40,714 nucleotides of DNA from a virus (Duplodnaviria > Caudoviricetes): IMG/VR virus record IMGVR_UViG_3300027749_000213, positions 1 through 40,714 of that record; one strand, 5' to 3'. The translations under genes and the position numbers were made by a program. Below, one piece after another: positions 9,077 through 18,581 of this stretch. The notes beneath the pieces were generated by a model that saw only the letters and a list, made by a program, of their open reading frames with translations, had not been told where the DNA came from and searched no databases. Numbering within the stretch: the stretch's first letter is position 1; each line of letters starts with the position of its first letter.

Positions 9077-9337
9077 TTAAGCCTTGTATGCAACTACTTT
9101 TCCACTCGTCAACGTGAACGCAGTGAACTTACCGTAGATGGTTGCTCCGGAAGGCAAAGGAAGGGAGGTTGTTGCATCCCCATCCCAATTCGATGCCGTG
9201 AGCAAAGCGAATACGCTATTCTCGAGGGCAGTAATAGCTCCAAAGTTTCCAGTAACGGCAGTAGTGCCATTCTCGTAAGTGGCCCCGTAGGTTCCACCCT
9301 GTTTCGTATCTCTGCATAATTCTTTAATTGAACTCAT
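9077..9337 (-). CDS. Small beta-rich virion protein
   Basis: C-terminal GATIYGKFTAFTLTSGKVVAY; probable start ATG 9337 (track 9358). Confidence 0.55.
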   Translation of the reverse strand: MSSIKELCRDTKQGGTYGATYENGTTAVTGNFGAITALENSVFALLTASNWDGDATTSLPLPSGATIYGKFTAFTLTSGKVVAYKA

Positions 9338-9342
9338 ATTGT

Positions 9343-9591
9343 TTAACTCCAATCCCAAATCTTTTTAATCCGGCTTTTGGAAAATTTCCGGTTCTTGAGT
9401 TTTCCCTTTTCTTCAAACTCTCGATAAAACCTTCGTGCGCCCTCTGACGAAGAACTAGGATCGGGAACGCTACGCGATATATAGGGGGCGGAAGGGACTC
9501 GTCTGAGCCCCTTCCGTTTATCCCTATCTGCGACAGAGACCATCTCCTGTACGATTTGCCCATTCTTGTTCTCATAGAGATAAATGGGCAT
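9343..9591 (-). CDS. Hypothetical protein (FmdB-like MPIYxY start, no Cys)
   Basis: 82 aa in operon. Confidence 0.6.
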   Translation of the reverse strand: MPIYLYENKNGQIVQEMVSVADRDKRKGLRRVPSAPYISRSVPDPSSSSEGARRFYREFEEKGKLKNRKFSKSRIKKIWDWS

Positions 9592-9597
9592 ATCAAA

Positions 9598-9930
9598 TCA
9601 GGCGTTGCCTGCGTCTGCTTCTTCAGCCATTGAGCGAATATCTCCTTCACTCATCTCCTCTTGTTTTTCATCGGGAGTTAAGTTGGCCTCAAAGATTTCG
9701 ATGGTTGCGCCCTTATCATCGAGCTTCGAGACTTTGCCTTTGAGAGCGACATAATCACCCTCTTTGGTTCCATCGGGGAGCTTTTCGGTAGGTACGTCCA
9801 AGGACATTCCCAAATCTTCTTTCTCCGAAGAATAATCGGAGCCTTTAGATTCGGGCTTGGAGGAGCCGCCCATTACTGAGCGGCCCCCCTTTGCCTCGGG
9901 ACTAGCTAATATAAGTAGTCCTTTGTCCAT
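9598..9930 (-). CDS. Acidic hypothetical protein
   Basis: 110 aa directly downstream of the capsid gene. Confidence 0.7.
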   Translation of the reverse strand: MDKGLLILASPEAKGGRSVMGGSSKPESKGSDYSSEKEDLGMSLDVPTEKLPDGTKEGDYVALKGKVSKLDDKGATIEIFEANLTPDEKQEEMSEGDIRSMAEEADAGNA

Positions 9931-9935
9931 TTAAC

Positions 9936-10934
9936 TTAGGCGAAACGAGACTTGGCCTTAATGACCACGGCACGTTTAGCATTCAGCAACTTAGCGGCAT
10001 AGAAGGATTTCCATCCTGCCACGGTTGTCTGATTCAGAGGATCAGCCTTATCAGCCTGATTGTTCAGGATGATGCGAGGGCTGAAGGGTGAATCCCCAGC
10101 GATTTTGACCACACCAAACGCATTCGCGCCGAGTACGACAGTCGAGTAGATGCTACCCGCGCTGTTATACGTTCCGGAGGTTGTGCCCTCGATGAACGGA
10201 TTCGTGTGTTCTGCAATTCTTACCCCGTAAAAACTCCCAAGAGTTCCAGCAGGTAACGAACCAACTTTGTTTTCCACATTGCGATAGACCGTGTTCAGGA
10301 AGTCCGTGTCACGGAACAAATCCCGACTGATCTGAGGCGGAACCAACGCGACATATTGACCATTCAAAGGGTTAGCTTTGTTGGCTTTTAGCGCAGTCAC
10401 CGCATCCATCAGGTCCTCTGCATCCAAGAAGGCGGAAGCCGCCGCAGTGGAGTTGAGGGTTGCGAAGGACGCAATGCCTTGTCCGAAACGAACCGTTGTG
10501 GAATTACCACCAACGTCAGTTCCAGTAACTAGCTGATCTCTCGAGAGGTCATCCGCTTTGAGGGCCGCTTCTTCACCCATTGCACCAACCGCTTCTTTGA
10601 GAACGTCAAAGAGGGAAGTCATTGATAATACGTCACTTATCTTCACCGCTTCGCCATATTGGGTCAGCGAGACAGAGACGCTATTCAATCCAACTTCACG
10701 GAAGGTACTAATAGGAGTGCCTTCAGTTAGGGTCTGGACATTGGACGAGGCAGGGGTTGTGTCATACTGGAAGAACTTAACGGAATTACTTCCGATGTTC
10801 TTGGGCAGATCAACCTGTTGTGCGTAGTCGTTTAGTTTAAGTGTTTCTTTAATACGATCAACCAACTGCTTGCTCAAGTAAGCCTGAAAATAGCTTCCGA
10901 GAGAGGCAGGGTTTGCGCGAGTCATTGTTGCCAT
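9936..10934 (-). CDS. Major capsid protein (N4-gp56-like family)
   Basis: LTEGTP, LTQYG..VKISD, DKADPLNQ..VAGWK motifs; position after scaffold. Confidence 0.92.
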   Translation of the reverse strand: MATMTRANPASLGSYFQAYLSKQLVDRIKETLKLNDYAQQVDLPKNIGSNSVKFFQYDTTPASSNVQTLTEGTPISTFREVGLNSVSVSLTQYGEAVKISDVLSMTSLFDVLKEAVGAMGEEAALKADDLSRDQLVTGTDVGGNSTTVRFGQGIASFATLNSTAAASAFLDAEDLMDAVTALKANKANPLNGQYVALVPPQISRDLFRDTDFLNTVYRNVENKVGSLPAGTLGSFYGVRIAEHTNPFIEGTTSGTYNSAGSIYSTVVLGANAFGVVKIAGDSPFSPRIILNNQADKADPLNQTTVAGWKSFYAAKLLNAKRAVVIKAKSRFA

Positions 10935-10939
10935 GATTT

Positions 10940-11953
10940 TTAATCTCCTACGAGAACACCAGAATCAGAATCCACTGCCATACTGCGGAGGAAAGATTCC
11001 TGTTGGCGGGAGTCCATCTCATCGAAGGATTTCCGTTTGGCAGGCTTTTGGCTTCCACTTGCAGATAGCGAGGTCTTTTTCCGAAGTTCCCCGTTTTCTT
11101 TTCTTAAAGATTCAATTTCAGTCCTCAACGCTTCCGAAGCCTCTGCCGCTTTTTGCATTTTCGCAATCTGCGTAGCATAGACGAATCCGTTAGCCGTTGA
11201 ATTGATAAGGTTCCTAAGTTCCGCATCTTCAGTCTTGAGAATAGAGACAACTCTCTTCCCAAGATCCGATGATTCGTCCTTTAGTTCGGGATTCTCAGCG
11301 ATCATGCGGTTCACACTTGAACCCCATGTTTCGTTGAAATCCTTAACCTTGCGCTCGCCACGTTCCGCATCCACACGGATTTTCTGTTCCAGCTTGTCAG
11401 CTTGAACTCTAGCGGCTTTTGCAAGGTCATCCTTACCCTCTTCCTCCCATTCACGGGCAAACTTACGAAGTTCCTCCGGCTTGGCCGGACTTGTCGGATC
11501 GGAGGCTTTTTCACTCTCCTCAATCTTCCTTTGGAACTCTGCTTGGATTGCTCGAACTTGGGCCTTTTCAGCTTCCAGCTTTTTCCAGCTTTCAGCCAAT
11601 CGAGCCTCTTCCTTTACCCGTTTAACGTCCTTAATCTCAGGCTTATCGCTTGAGGGTTCGGAGGCGTTGAGAGACTTTTCAGAATCATTCGATTCTGCTT
11701 TTGAATCTTCTTTTGTTTCTTTTGAGTCAGCGGATTCTAACGAATCCTTAGCTTCCTCGTTTGTTTTTGGTTTTTCTGAGGCCTCTTGGTCCTGCTTTGC
11801 GATTACAGGCGATTGCGCTTTCGGCTTGTAAGATTCTCCGTCAGCTTGCGCCGCAAGCTCACGAATCATCTCTTCAGTAACCGATTCTGCCTTGAGGGAA
11901 TCTGTTGGTTCCGCAACCAACTCAACTCCGATGTTGCTCTCCTCGTTTATCAT
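10940..11953 (-). CDS. Capsid scaffolding protein
   Basis: Acidic disordered N-terminus plus coiled coil, directly upstream of the capsid gene. Confidence 0.75.
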   Translation of the reverse strand: MINEESNIGVELVAEPTDSLKAESVTEEMIRELAAQADGESYKPKAQSPVIAKQDQEASEKPKTNEEAKDSLESADSKETKEDSKAESNDSEKSLNASEPSSDKPEIKDVKRVKEEARLAESWKKLEAEKAQVRAIQAEFQRKIEESEKASDPTSPAKPEELRKFAREWEEEGKDDLAKAARVQADKLEQKIRVDAERGERKVKDFNETWGSSVNRMIAENPELKDESSDLGKRVVSILKTEDAELRNLINSTANGFVYATQIAKMQKAAEASEALRTEIESLRKENGELRKKTSLSASGSQKPAKRKSFDEMDSRQQESFLRSMAVDSDSGVLVGD

Positions 11954-11981
11954 GGTTTGTCAGGTATCCTTCCCGCTAAGT

Positions 11982-12311
11982 TTAAGGTCGTAGTTTTTCG
12001 AGGAGATCAGAAACGACCTCAGATTCCGAGTCCTCGTTAAAATCTTCAATTTCCGAAGAAGCTAGCCATTCTATAAAGACTATTGATTCTCGGAAACCCA
12101 CTGCTTTGCCGGATTCAAACAATCCGCCGCCTTTGAAAACTGCGCTTATATCCTTACGAGTTGCCGCATTTCGCAGACAGGTGATGAACCGCTTGCCGGA
12201 GGCAGATTCAAAGAACAACTTGGTTGCGGTATTGTCCTCCTGCTTCCAGTTGACCGATACCTCACCAAGTTCTCTCCACAGGCGTAAGACAGTTTTTAGT
12301 TTGTGCAACAT
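11982..12311 (-). CDS. Small head-assembly protein between portal and scaffold
   Basis: FFESASGKRF motif; synteny. Confidence 0.6.
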   Translation of the reverse strand: MLHKLKTVLRLWRELGEVSVNWKQEDNTATKLFFESASGKRFITCLRNAATRKDISAVFKGGGLFESGKAVGFRESIVFIEWLASSEIEDFNEDSESEVVSDLLEKLRP

Positions 12312-12327
12312 ATATTATATAGGCTTA

Positions 12328-14199
12328 TCACACCATTCCGGCCTGAGGAGCCGATTGGGTTGTTGTCGTTCCTTGTGGAACTTGGCCTTGGGCCTGATTC
12401 TGCATCTGCCCCTGCATGGCTTGAGCCTGCTTCCGGAGCATTCCGCGAATCTGCCTTTCGGCATTCTTGTCAGTCTTGCCTAGTCCTTGAAGATGCGCTT
12501 CTAGGTGTTGACCATACAACTGCTGAGACTGTTGAGACCCCCCACCCTGCTGACTAAGTAGCTGAATCCTGCCAAGTAGAACTTCGATGTGAGCCTTATG
12601 ATCGTCTTGAGGTTTAACTGCCACAGGATAACCACTCTCCATGATAAGATTCTCTTTGGCCTGCTCCTCTTTCTCATCCTGACCACGCAGATTAGGGTCG
12701 GTAAGTAGCTTGTTGACCAATGCAGGATCATCAATCTCAAGGACTGAACGAACCAACGCAGGCTGATCTACATAAGGATTACCCGAAAGGAGTTGCATCC
12801 GGCTAAAGGCCTTTTGGTACTGGACTGCCTTATTGATGCCATCAGCAGAACCCGAAGGATGAATTGCGTATTCAACCTCCAAGGCTTCCGGAGGAATAGT
12901 TCCAAACGCTTGATTGAAATAGTAAGAAAGGGATTTCTTGCCGAACTGACAAAGAACCGAGTAGGCCTGCCGATAAACATAGCCTAGTGAGATTCGGAAG
13001 ATCCTAGCCCGAAGGTCAGTTGATTGCCCCATAAGAGCACCAATCTGAGAAACTTCAGTTGCAGTACGAGCATTCTTCATTCCCTGCTGTTGCCCCATAC
13101 CAAAGTCAGGCATAGAAGTTAGGTATTCAGAAATCATCCGTTGGTTAATCATCTCTTGGTCAAAGCTGATAGGAGGTTGCGGCATTGTCACGGGACTCAC
13201 CCCCACGGGGAGAATCGTTGCAGGACCAAACTTTAAGTTGTTGGAATTAGGAATGTCCTGTTCGCAACGGAAGAGAGGGCGATTATAAAGCGTCATCGCG
13301 TCTGCCTTCTCGTTCATCAGCTTGCACATATAACTCTCAAAAGGAGCCACGATCTCGCAAAGCCCACGACTCGAATAAACTCCCTTGTCCTTAATCTCCA
13401 TGACAAAGGGAACGAAGGGCATCTGACCATGCTTATAGGGCAATTCAAACGAAGGCCTGATGTCATCCTCAGGGGCTAGGGGGCTGAAGGTGTGGACAAG
13501 AATCTTGCCTTCCTCGTCCCTCTCATAAACTTCCCAAACGATAACTTGATCTTCCTCTGCCCCAACCGTGATTCCTTCACGCCGGAACTTCGTATTCTCG
13601 AGCGTGGATAGTCTCGTTCCCTCGCCTGTCCTGCCCTTGATTTTGCGGATCAGTTCCTCGTCCTGATTATAGAGCTTGTTGCTTTTATACTGGTTCAGGC
13701 TGAGTTGGATGACATGACACAGACGATCACAATTCTTTACGTCTCTAGTATAGTGAGGAACGATTGCGAATACGGGGTCAACGGAATCAAACCGAACCGA
13801 CTTTGTATCCTCGTCCCAAGAAATCTTCAATAAGTTCAACCCACTCATAAGGGTGTGGTCGATTGCAGTTAGAATCTCACTCTCAAAGTTACTCTCTTGC
13901 TTAATACAATAATCAAACCAACGAGAGATACCTTGAGTAATTCCCTCTGTTTGAGGAGTGGAAGGAACAAACGAGGCAATCACCTCATTGGAGAAAACCT
14001 GCTGATAGTAGAAAGGCTTGAGCTTACTGATAATTGAATCAGCCAACGGATAATGAAGATCAGCCTGCCACGGAAGTTTCTTTTTCCGGCGAAGTCCAGA
14101 ATGCCGCATTTCATACCAAATCCTCTGCCGTTCTTCCCATCCAGTACGAGCCTTCAAATCTTCAAGCAATGCTTTATAGAGATCGTTACGTTCCATCAT
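12328..14199 (-). CDS. Portal protein
   Basis: 623 aa with RTATEV motif and Gln-rich barrel-like C-terminus; between terL and scaffold. Confidence 0.88.
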   Translation of the reverse strand: MMERNDLYKALLEDLKARTGWEERQRIWYEMRHSGLRRKKKLPWQADLHYPLADSIISKLKPFYYQQVFSNEVIASFVPSTPQTEGITQGISRWFDYCIKQESNFESEILTAIDHTLMSGLNLLKISWDEDTKSVRFDSVDPVFAIVPHYTRDVKNCDRLCHVIQLSLNQYKSNKLYNQDEELIRKIKGRTGEGTRLSTLENTKFRREGITVGAEEDQVIVWEVYERDEEGKILVHTFSPLAPEDDIRPSFELPYKHGQMPFVPFVMEIKDKGVYSSRGLCEIVAPFESYMCKLMNEKADAMTLYNRPLFRCEQDIPNSNNLKFGPATILPVGVSPVTMPQPPISFDQEMINQRMISEYLTSMPDFGMGQQQGMKNARTATEVSQIGALMGQSTDLRARIFRISLGYVYRQAYSVLCQFGKKSLSYYFNQAFGTIPPEALEVEYAIHPSGSADGINKAVQYQKAFSRMQLLSGNPYVDQPALVRSVLEIDDPALVNKLLTDPNLRGQDEKEEQAKENLIMESGYPVAVKPQDDHKAHIEVLLGRIQLLSQQGGGSQQSQQLYGQHLEAHLQGLGKTDKNAERQIRGMLRKQAQAMQGQMQNQAQGQVPQGTTTTQSAPQAGMV

Positions 14200-14393
14200 T
14201 TTGCGGTTCCTATTTTAATTTGCGTCTCCAAATCAATAATTGTATCGAGCGCATCCTTACACCAGTAGGGAGCCGCATTCCTCGCTTCATTTGCATCGGG
14301 TCTTTCCATAAGTCTCTCGGCGTTACGACTTGTCACCACTCTGGGTTGAGTTGTCGCGCATCCCGCGATTGCGAATCCAGAAACTAACAGCAT
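14196..14393 (-). CDS. Outer-membrane spanin-like lipoprotein
   Basis: Lipobox IAG-C after a hydrophobic stretch (MLLVSGFAIAGC); overlaps the upstream membrane gene; start uncertain. Confidence 0.6.
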   Translation of the reverse strand: MLLVSGFAIAGCATTQPRVVTSRNAERLMERPDANEARNAAPYWCKDALDTIIDLETQIKIGTAK

Positions 14394-14508
14394 CACGATC
14401 TTTGTCAGCTTCTTGTACGATTTTACCCAAGTCGCGAGTTTTTCTATCTGGAACCAACTTATCAATAATGCTGATAAGTCCACCGAGTATGCTGAGGAGG
14501 AATCCCAT
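14323..14508 (-). CDS. Inner-membrane spanin-like protein
   Basis: N-terminal hydrophobic helix then charged helix; overlaps the lipoprotein gene in another frame. Confidence 0.5.
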   Translation of the reverse strand: MGFLLSILGGLISIIDKLVPDRKTRDLGKIVQEADKDRDAVSFWIRNRGMRDNSTQSGDKS

Positions 14509-14517
14509 TTCACTAAG

Positions 14518-14682
14518 TCAATAGACTCCCATTTTGAACTTTTGTTTTGCGGCTGAATTATCCACTAAATTAGGATAGGGTCGGCCTGCGGCTTTAGCCT
14601 TTTGCTTGGCGTATGCCTTTGCCTTCGGCGGGAGGGGCCGAGAGGACTTGTTGGGATTTTTCTTTTCCCAGAATTTCTTCAT
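14518..14682 (-). CDS. Small basic phage protein (54 aa, not in track)
   Basis: MKKFWEKKNP...AKQKAKAAGRPYPNLVDN; ATGA-coupled to the upstream gene. Confidence 0.75.
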   Translation of the reverse strand: MKKFWEKKNPNKSSRPLPPKAKAYAKQKAKAAGRPYPNLVDNSAAKQKFKMGVY

Positions 14683-14849
14683 GAAGCGGGAGCGTCTTTA
14701 GCCAGAATCAAACCAACTCCGGCAGTGATAGCGGCAATCAAAGTTCCGATATCTGGGATGCTTCCAGTTTTCAGGAATGTCAATGCCGCCGAACCAACTG
14801 CCACAACAATGCTCAATACACCAGTAACCGTAGTTTTCATATTTTGCAT
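14679..14849 (-). CDS. Holin-like two-TM protein (56 aa, not in track)
   Basis: MQNMKTTVTGVLSIVVAVGSAALTF...IAAITAGVGLILAKD; GGAGG upstream. Confidence 0.65.
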   Translation of the reverse strand: MQNMKTTVTGVLSIVVAVGSAALTFLKTGSIPDIGTLIAAITAGVGLILAKDAPAS

Positions 14850-14853
14850 TTAT

Positions 14854-16254
14854 TTATCCTCCGATGTCGAAGCCAGCACAGGCAGGTTCCCCGTCTGAGT
14901 ATTCCTGCATCTGACTCCATTGATCACTTCCCGTATCGCCGGAATCAAACACCGCAAGATTATTTTCGCTCCTAACGCAACAAACCCCGCAAACAGCATC
15001 CCCCCGATCCGGCGAGCATACCCCCCGCCTCCGCATCTCGTCCTTGGACTCTAAGCCTAGCTTCCCTGAGGAGGCTATCTTAGCCCTACGAGAGCATAAC
15101 TGAGCATCTAGTATCTCGTCAGTAGGTAGGATGATTTCAGACTTTTCTATTTGCCTAGCCGTCTCCCACCATATCTCGGAGCTTCTATTGACGTAGTTCT
15201 CAGAGTAAGCCCTAGCCCCAAAGTTTACCCTCTTAATAGCCCACCCTTGTTCCCTCATCCGGTCGTTCATAGGCTTACCTAGTCCCCCATCATCAGCCCA
15301 TACGTCATTAGGCTTCAGATTGGCCTTCTTTAGCTCTATGATGGCTTTGCCTACACTCCGCATCGTGTCCGAGTCCTTCCACCCTATAAGGGGGTCTATC
15401 GTGTTTCCCCGCCTTATAGCGATCACCGTTTCATCCCCGCCACCTGCCCAATCAATAAAAGCCACCGGATTGCCATCCCTCTTCTTGGGGGCGTTGCCCC
15501 TGCAATTAAGAATCTTAGTGAAAGTGAAGGGACTTATCCCGTCATCCTCTCCCATGAACTCAGAGAAGATCATGCTTCTAATAAAAGGGTTGTCCCGCCC
15601 ATGTTGCTCAATCTGCATATCAATCCACTCTTTCTTGATATGGGGGCAGTCGTAAGCCGATACAGAGTAGTTCTTCCAATACTTGCGCTTTCCCAAGAAG
15701 CATTGAGCGAACTCCCCATCCATGCCTCCGGTTGAGGACATAGCTAACCAAGCCGCAGGCTGACATCGTTCAGCCGCCCTCCAAATATCGGTAGGGATGC
15801 TTTTAGCCTCATCAAAGATCATCAGGAGCTTGTCGTTATGCCAACCCTCAAACCTATTAGGCTCGTCAGTAGAGAACCCGATAGCCTTAGATCCGTTAGG
15901 GGCAGTTAGATCAGTAGCGTTGAGAGTCCATCCTTTGAGCTTATCCCGCCATCCGGCGAGCCTTTGCCAAAGTTGTTCCTTAACCTGACGATAGACTCCT
16001 GCGGTTGTGACTACCTGCGACTTTGGATAGACCGTACACCACCAAAGAATTAGGGGAGCCGCCAAACAAGATGTCTTTCCGGAGCCGTTAGCCGCCTTCA
16101 AAGCCACTCGATTGCCTAGGCCAACATCGAGAAAGACTTTCGATTGCCAAGGGTGGAGGTCGATGTCGAGTAGTTTGGAGAAACCGATAGGGGTTGCCAA
16201 CAGTTGTTCCTGCGTGAGATTGGTTGGAAGTTGGGAAGGATCGGTTATGGGCAT
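14854..16254 (-). CDS. terL: Terminase large subunit
   Basis: Walker A AANGSGKT, Walker B LMIFDEA, RNase H-like FIDWAGGGDET, C-terminal SPDRGDA. Confidence 0.95.
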   Translation of the reverse strand: MPITDPSQLPTNLTQEQLLATPIGFSKLLDIDLHPWQSKVFLDVGLGNRVALKAANGSGKTSCLAAPLILWWCTVYPKSQVVTTAGVYRQVKEQLWQRLAGWRDKLKGWTLNATDLTAPNGSKAIGFSTDEPNRFEGWHNDKLLMIFDEAKSIPTDIWRAAERCQPAAWLAMSSTGGMDGEFAQCFLGKRKYWKNYSVSAYDCPHIKKEWIDMQIEQHGRDNPFIRSMIFSEFMGEDDGISPFTFTKILNCRGNAPKKRDGNPVAFIDWAGGGDETVIAIRRGNTIDPLIGWKDSDTMRSVGKAIIELKKANLKPNDVWADDGGLGKPMNDRMREQGWAIKRVNFGARAYSENYVNRSSEIWWETARQIEKSEIILPTDEILDAQLCSRRAKIASSGKLGLESKDEMRRRGVCSPDRGDAVCGVCCVRSENNLAVFDSGDTGSDQWSQMQEYSDGEPACAGFDIGG

Positions 16255-16302
16255 TTAGAGGGGAATTGAGTTTTTGAAATTTTTGTTGGAAGGGGGATAT
16301 AA

Positions 16303-16959
16303 TTAGAGTGGGTGGGCAGGGGGGGTGGTGTGGGGGGGCGTATCGGCGGCTGAGGGGTTTGCCTTGGGATATTTCCTAGGCCTCCCGATCTGCTTAGGCT
16401 TAACACTTTGCACAAGCTCCGCAGAAATCTCCACAGCAGGGACGGAGCCTTTCCCCTCATCTTGTGGTGTCACTCCTTCAGTATAATTAAGGGGAACAAG
16501 AGTAGGAAGGGTGGTGGTGTCGGGTAATTGTTGGGGAGCGTTTTGACCACTCAAGAGGGAACCCCAAGCCCCCATCAGCTTCCCCATCGCGTCATCGCCT
16601 AGGGCTAGGATTTGCACACCCGAAGAAGCCCCACTAGGTACATACGCAGGAGCAAACTCCTCCCTTGCCCTCCTCTCAAGTAGCCACTGCGAGGGCTTCT
16701 CTGAAATCTTCGCGTGCCTTTCTATATTATCCACTTGGCTCCTAACAAAGAAAGAGTGTGCCTCCTCCATCATGGGGGCGAACTCTGGATGGAGGCCGAC
16801 CCATTCTTTGCTCGTCCCATATGGAACCCCGCACAAGGGCGAAGCATAACGCAAGGGAAGCCCCCGCTTGATCTGATTACATATCTGCCGAGCCTTCCCA
16901 ATCGACCACCTAGAAGGCCTTCCCCCTTTGCCTTTGACCTTATGCGGCTCAACATTCAC
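16303..16959 (-). CDS. terS: Terminase small subunit
   Basis: GGRPS plus HTH, WLLERR motif; upstream of terL. Confidence 0.8.
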   Translation of the reverse strand: MNVEPHKVKGKGGRPSRWSIGKARQICNQIKRGLPLRYASPLCGVPYGTSKEWVGLHPEFAPMMEEAHSFFVRSQVDNIERHAKISEKPSQWLLERRAREEFAPAYVPSGASSGVQILALGDDAMGKLMGAWGSLLSGQNAPQQLPDTTTLPTLVPLNYTEGVTPQDEGKGSVPAVEISAELVQSVKPKQIGRPRKYPKANPSAADTPPHTTPPAHPL

Positions 16960-17371
16960 TAAAGCCTTTCGGTAATGCGAAATTAAAACTTGTCAAACCT
17001 TCCGCCGGAGTTACGGAACGAAAAAGAGTAGGGAGAACATTAAGCCCGAAATGGTGATTCATCCTCGTAAGAAAGACCGAACAGGGACGAGCGTAGAATC
17101 TAAGACGGAGCAAGCCACACGCCCAGCTTGCTTAATAATTGGGAGCAATCCCAGCGACTCCGACCCACCACAGAGGTCTATTAGGTTTAATGAATACCGC
17201 ACCTAGGAGAACGCCCTTTCCTTATTGGAAGGGCGAACTATGCCCACGCAAACCCTTCCCCCTTTATTCTATCATATATTAAAAACAACTTAATCCCCTC
17301 CGCTATTGGCTACACTCGAGCCTTGTCCTTCCACTCTCTCTTCCCCTCATCCGCCGTGGCTCGCTGATCGT

Positions 17372-17430
17372 GGAAGCGTAAGGCTCGCCGTTGATTGCTT
17401 CCGCTTTTTTTTTATTCCTTTTTTTTATTT
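17372..17430 (+). terminator. Possible intrinsic terminator upstream of early genes
   Basis: GGAAGC...GCTTCC stem (long loop) followed by long T runs. Confidence 0.4.
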
Positions 17431-17635
17431 TAAGTTAGTGTGATAAGCCTCCGCTTGTTCTCTTTATTTAATAACCCCCGAAAATAAATCTGCCTCTTCC
17501 CATTAGTTTACCTTATCAAAAAAGCCTTTTTCCCCTCGTAAGCATATATTGATGGTTCCCGCATAGCATAAGCGTAACTAATTACTACTTTGAGAGTATT
17601 GACCTTATCGGTTGCTAAGTGTAACAAGCATAAAT

Positions 17636-17860
17636 ATGAACAACACAACAACAGCCAAACCAATGACAACCAAACAAACCCCAGCCCTTAACATTATCCG
17701 AGATGTCCTCAAGTCCCCCGCCTCCTCCTATTGGCTTACCAATGCCCTGCAATCCGCAGAGCGACGAGATCCGGTGGATGTCCTTAGGGACGCTGAGACC
17801 CTAGTTCACATCTTTAAGATGCGATGGGATGAGATTGCGGAAGAATGTCGCGGAATCTAA
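17636..17860 (+). CDS. Small conserved mobile-element protein
   Basis: SYWL..AL.SA..RDPVD...DAE motif; likely ATG 17636. Confidence 0.7.
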   Translation: MNNTTTAKPMTTKQTPALNIIRDVLKSPASSYWLTNALQSAERRDPVDVLRDAETLVHIFKMRWDEIAEECRGI

Positions 17861-17892
17861 CAAGCTAACCCAACCAAGAAAGAACCCCAACA

Positions 17893-18300
17893 ATGACCAA
17901 GACAGAAGCCATAGAAGCCAAAAAAGCCAAGATGAAACAACTCGCGGAACAATTCGCGAAAATGACGGAAGCCGAGAGGGTGGAACTATCTAACCAACTC
18001 GGAAGCCTCCGCACCATTGAAGGCCGACCCCTCTCCTTCAAAAACTCCGCCCTGCTCTACTTCCAACGCAAGGGAGTTTCTATCGTGGGAGGATTCCAAC
18101 AATGGAAGAAGGCTGGTCGCATCGTGAAGAAGGGCGAGAAGGCACTAGGTATATTCTGCCCCGCCTCCACTAAGGCCAAAGAAGGGGAAACCACCGATTC
18201 CCCGACCTTCTTCTTCACAGGAAATGTATTCGACATATCCCAAACCGAACCCCTTACCCCCTCCGAAACCCTTACCCGTTCACTTGTCGGGAATATGTAA
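17893..18300 (+). CDS. ArdC N-terminal-like ssDNA-binding (antirestriction) protein
   Basis: GFQQWKKAGRIVKKGEKALGIFCP...FFTGNVFDISQT. Confidence 0.85.
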   Translation: MTKTEAIEAKKAKMKQLAEQFAKMTEAERVELSNQLGSLRTIEGRPLSFKNSALLYFQRKGVSIVGGFQQWKKAGRIVKKGEKALGIFCPASTKAKEGETTDSPTFFFTGNVFDISQTEPLTPSETLTRSLVGNM

Positions 18301-18333
18301 CAAGCAACCAGAACCAAAGAAAGAACCAACGAA

Positions 18334-18564
18334 ATGAACAACCAACAAACCTATCTAACAAGAAAAGATGCAGATTGTGGGGCGGGATTATTCGACTCCA
18401 TCAAATGGGCTTTAGAGATGTTCGACAAGGAGGACAATAAAACCCTCAACTTTGCCGTGCTACATGGGGCAGAAACCCACCCCAGCAAGATTGAATTCTG
18501 GAAGGATGAGCCGGACTACGACACGAAACCCGACCTTATCCTCACAGAAAAAGAAACCAACTAA
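18334..18564 (+). CDS. Hypothetical early protein
   Basis: Preceded by the start-associated motif. Confidence 0.75.
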   Translation: MNNQQTYLTRKDADCGAGLFDSIKWALEMFDKEDNKTLNFAVLHGAETHPSKIEFWKDEPDYDTKPDLILTEKETN

Positions 18565-18581
18565 AGAAAGAACCCCCAACA

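Noticed and set aside
983-16962. Plus-strand ORFs across the late operon (and similar antisense ORFs elsewhere)
   Set aside because: Shadow frames of well-supported opposite-strand genes with no recognisable motifs
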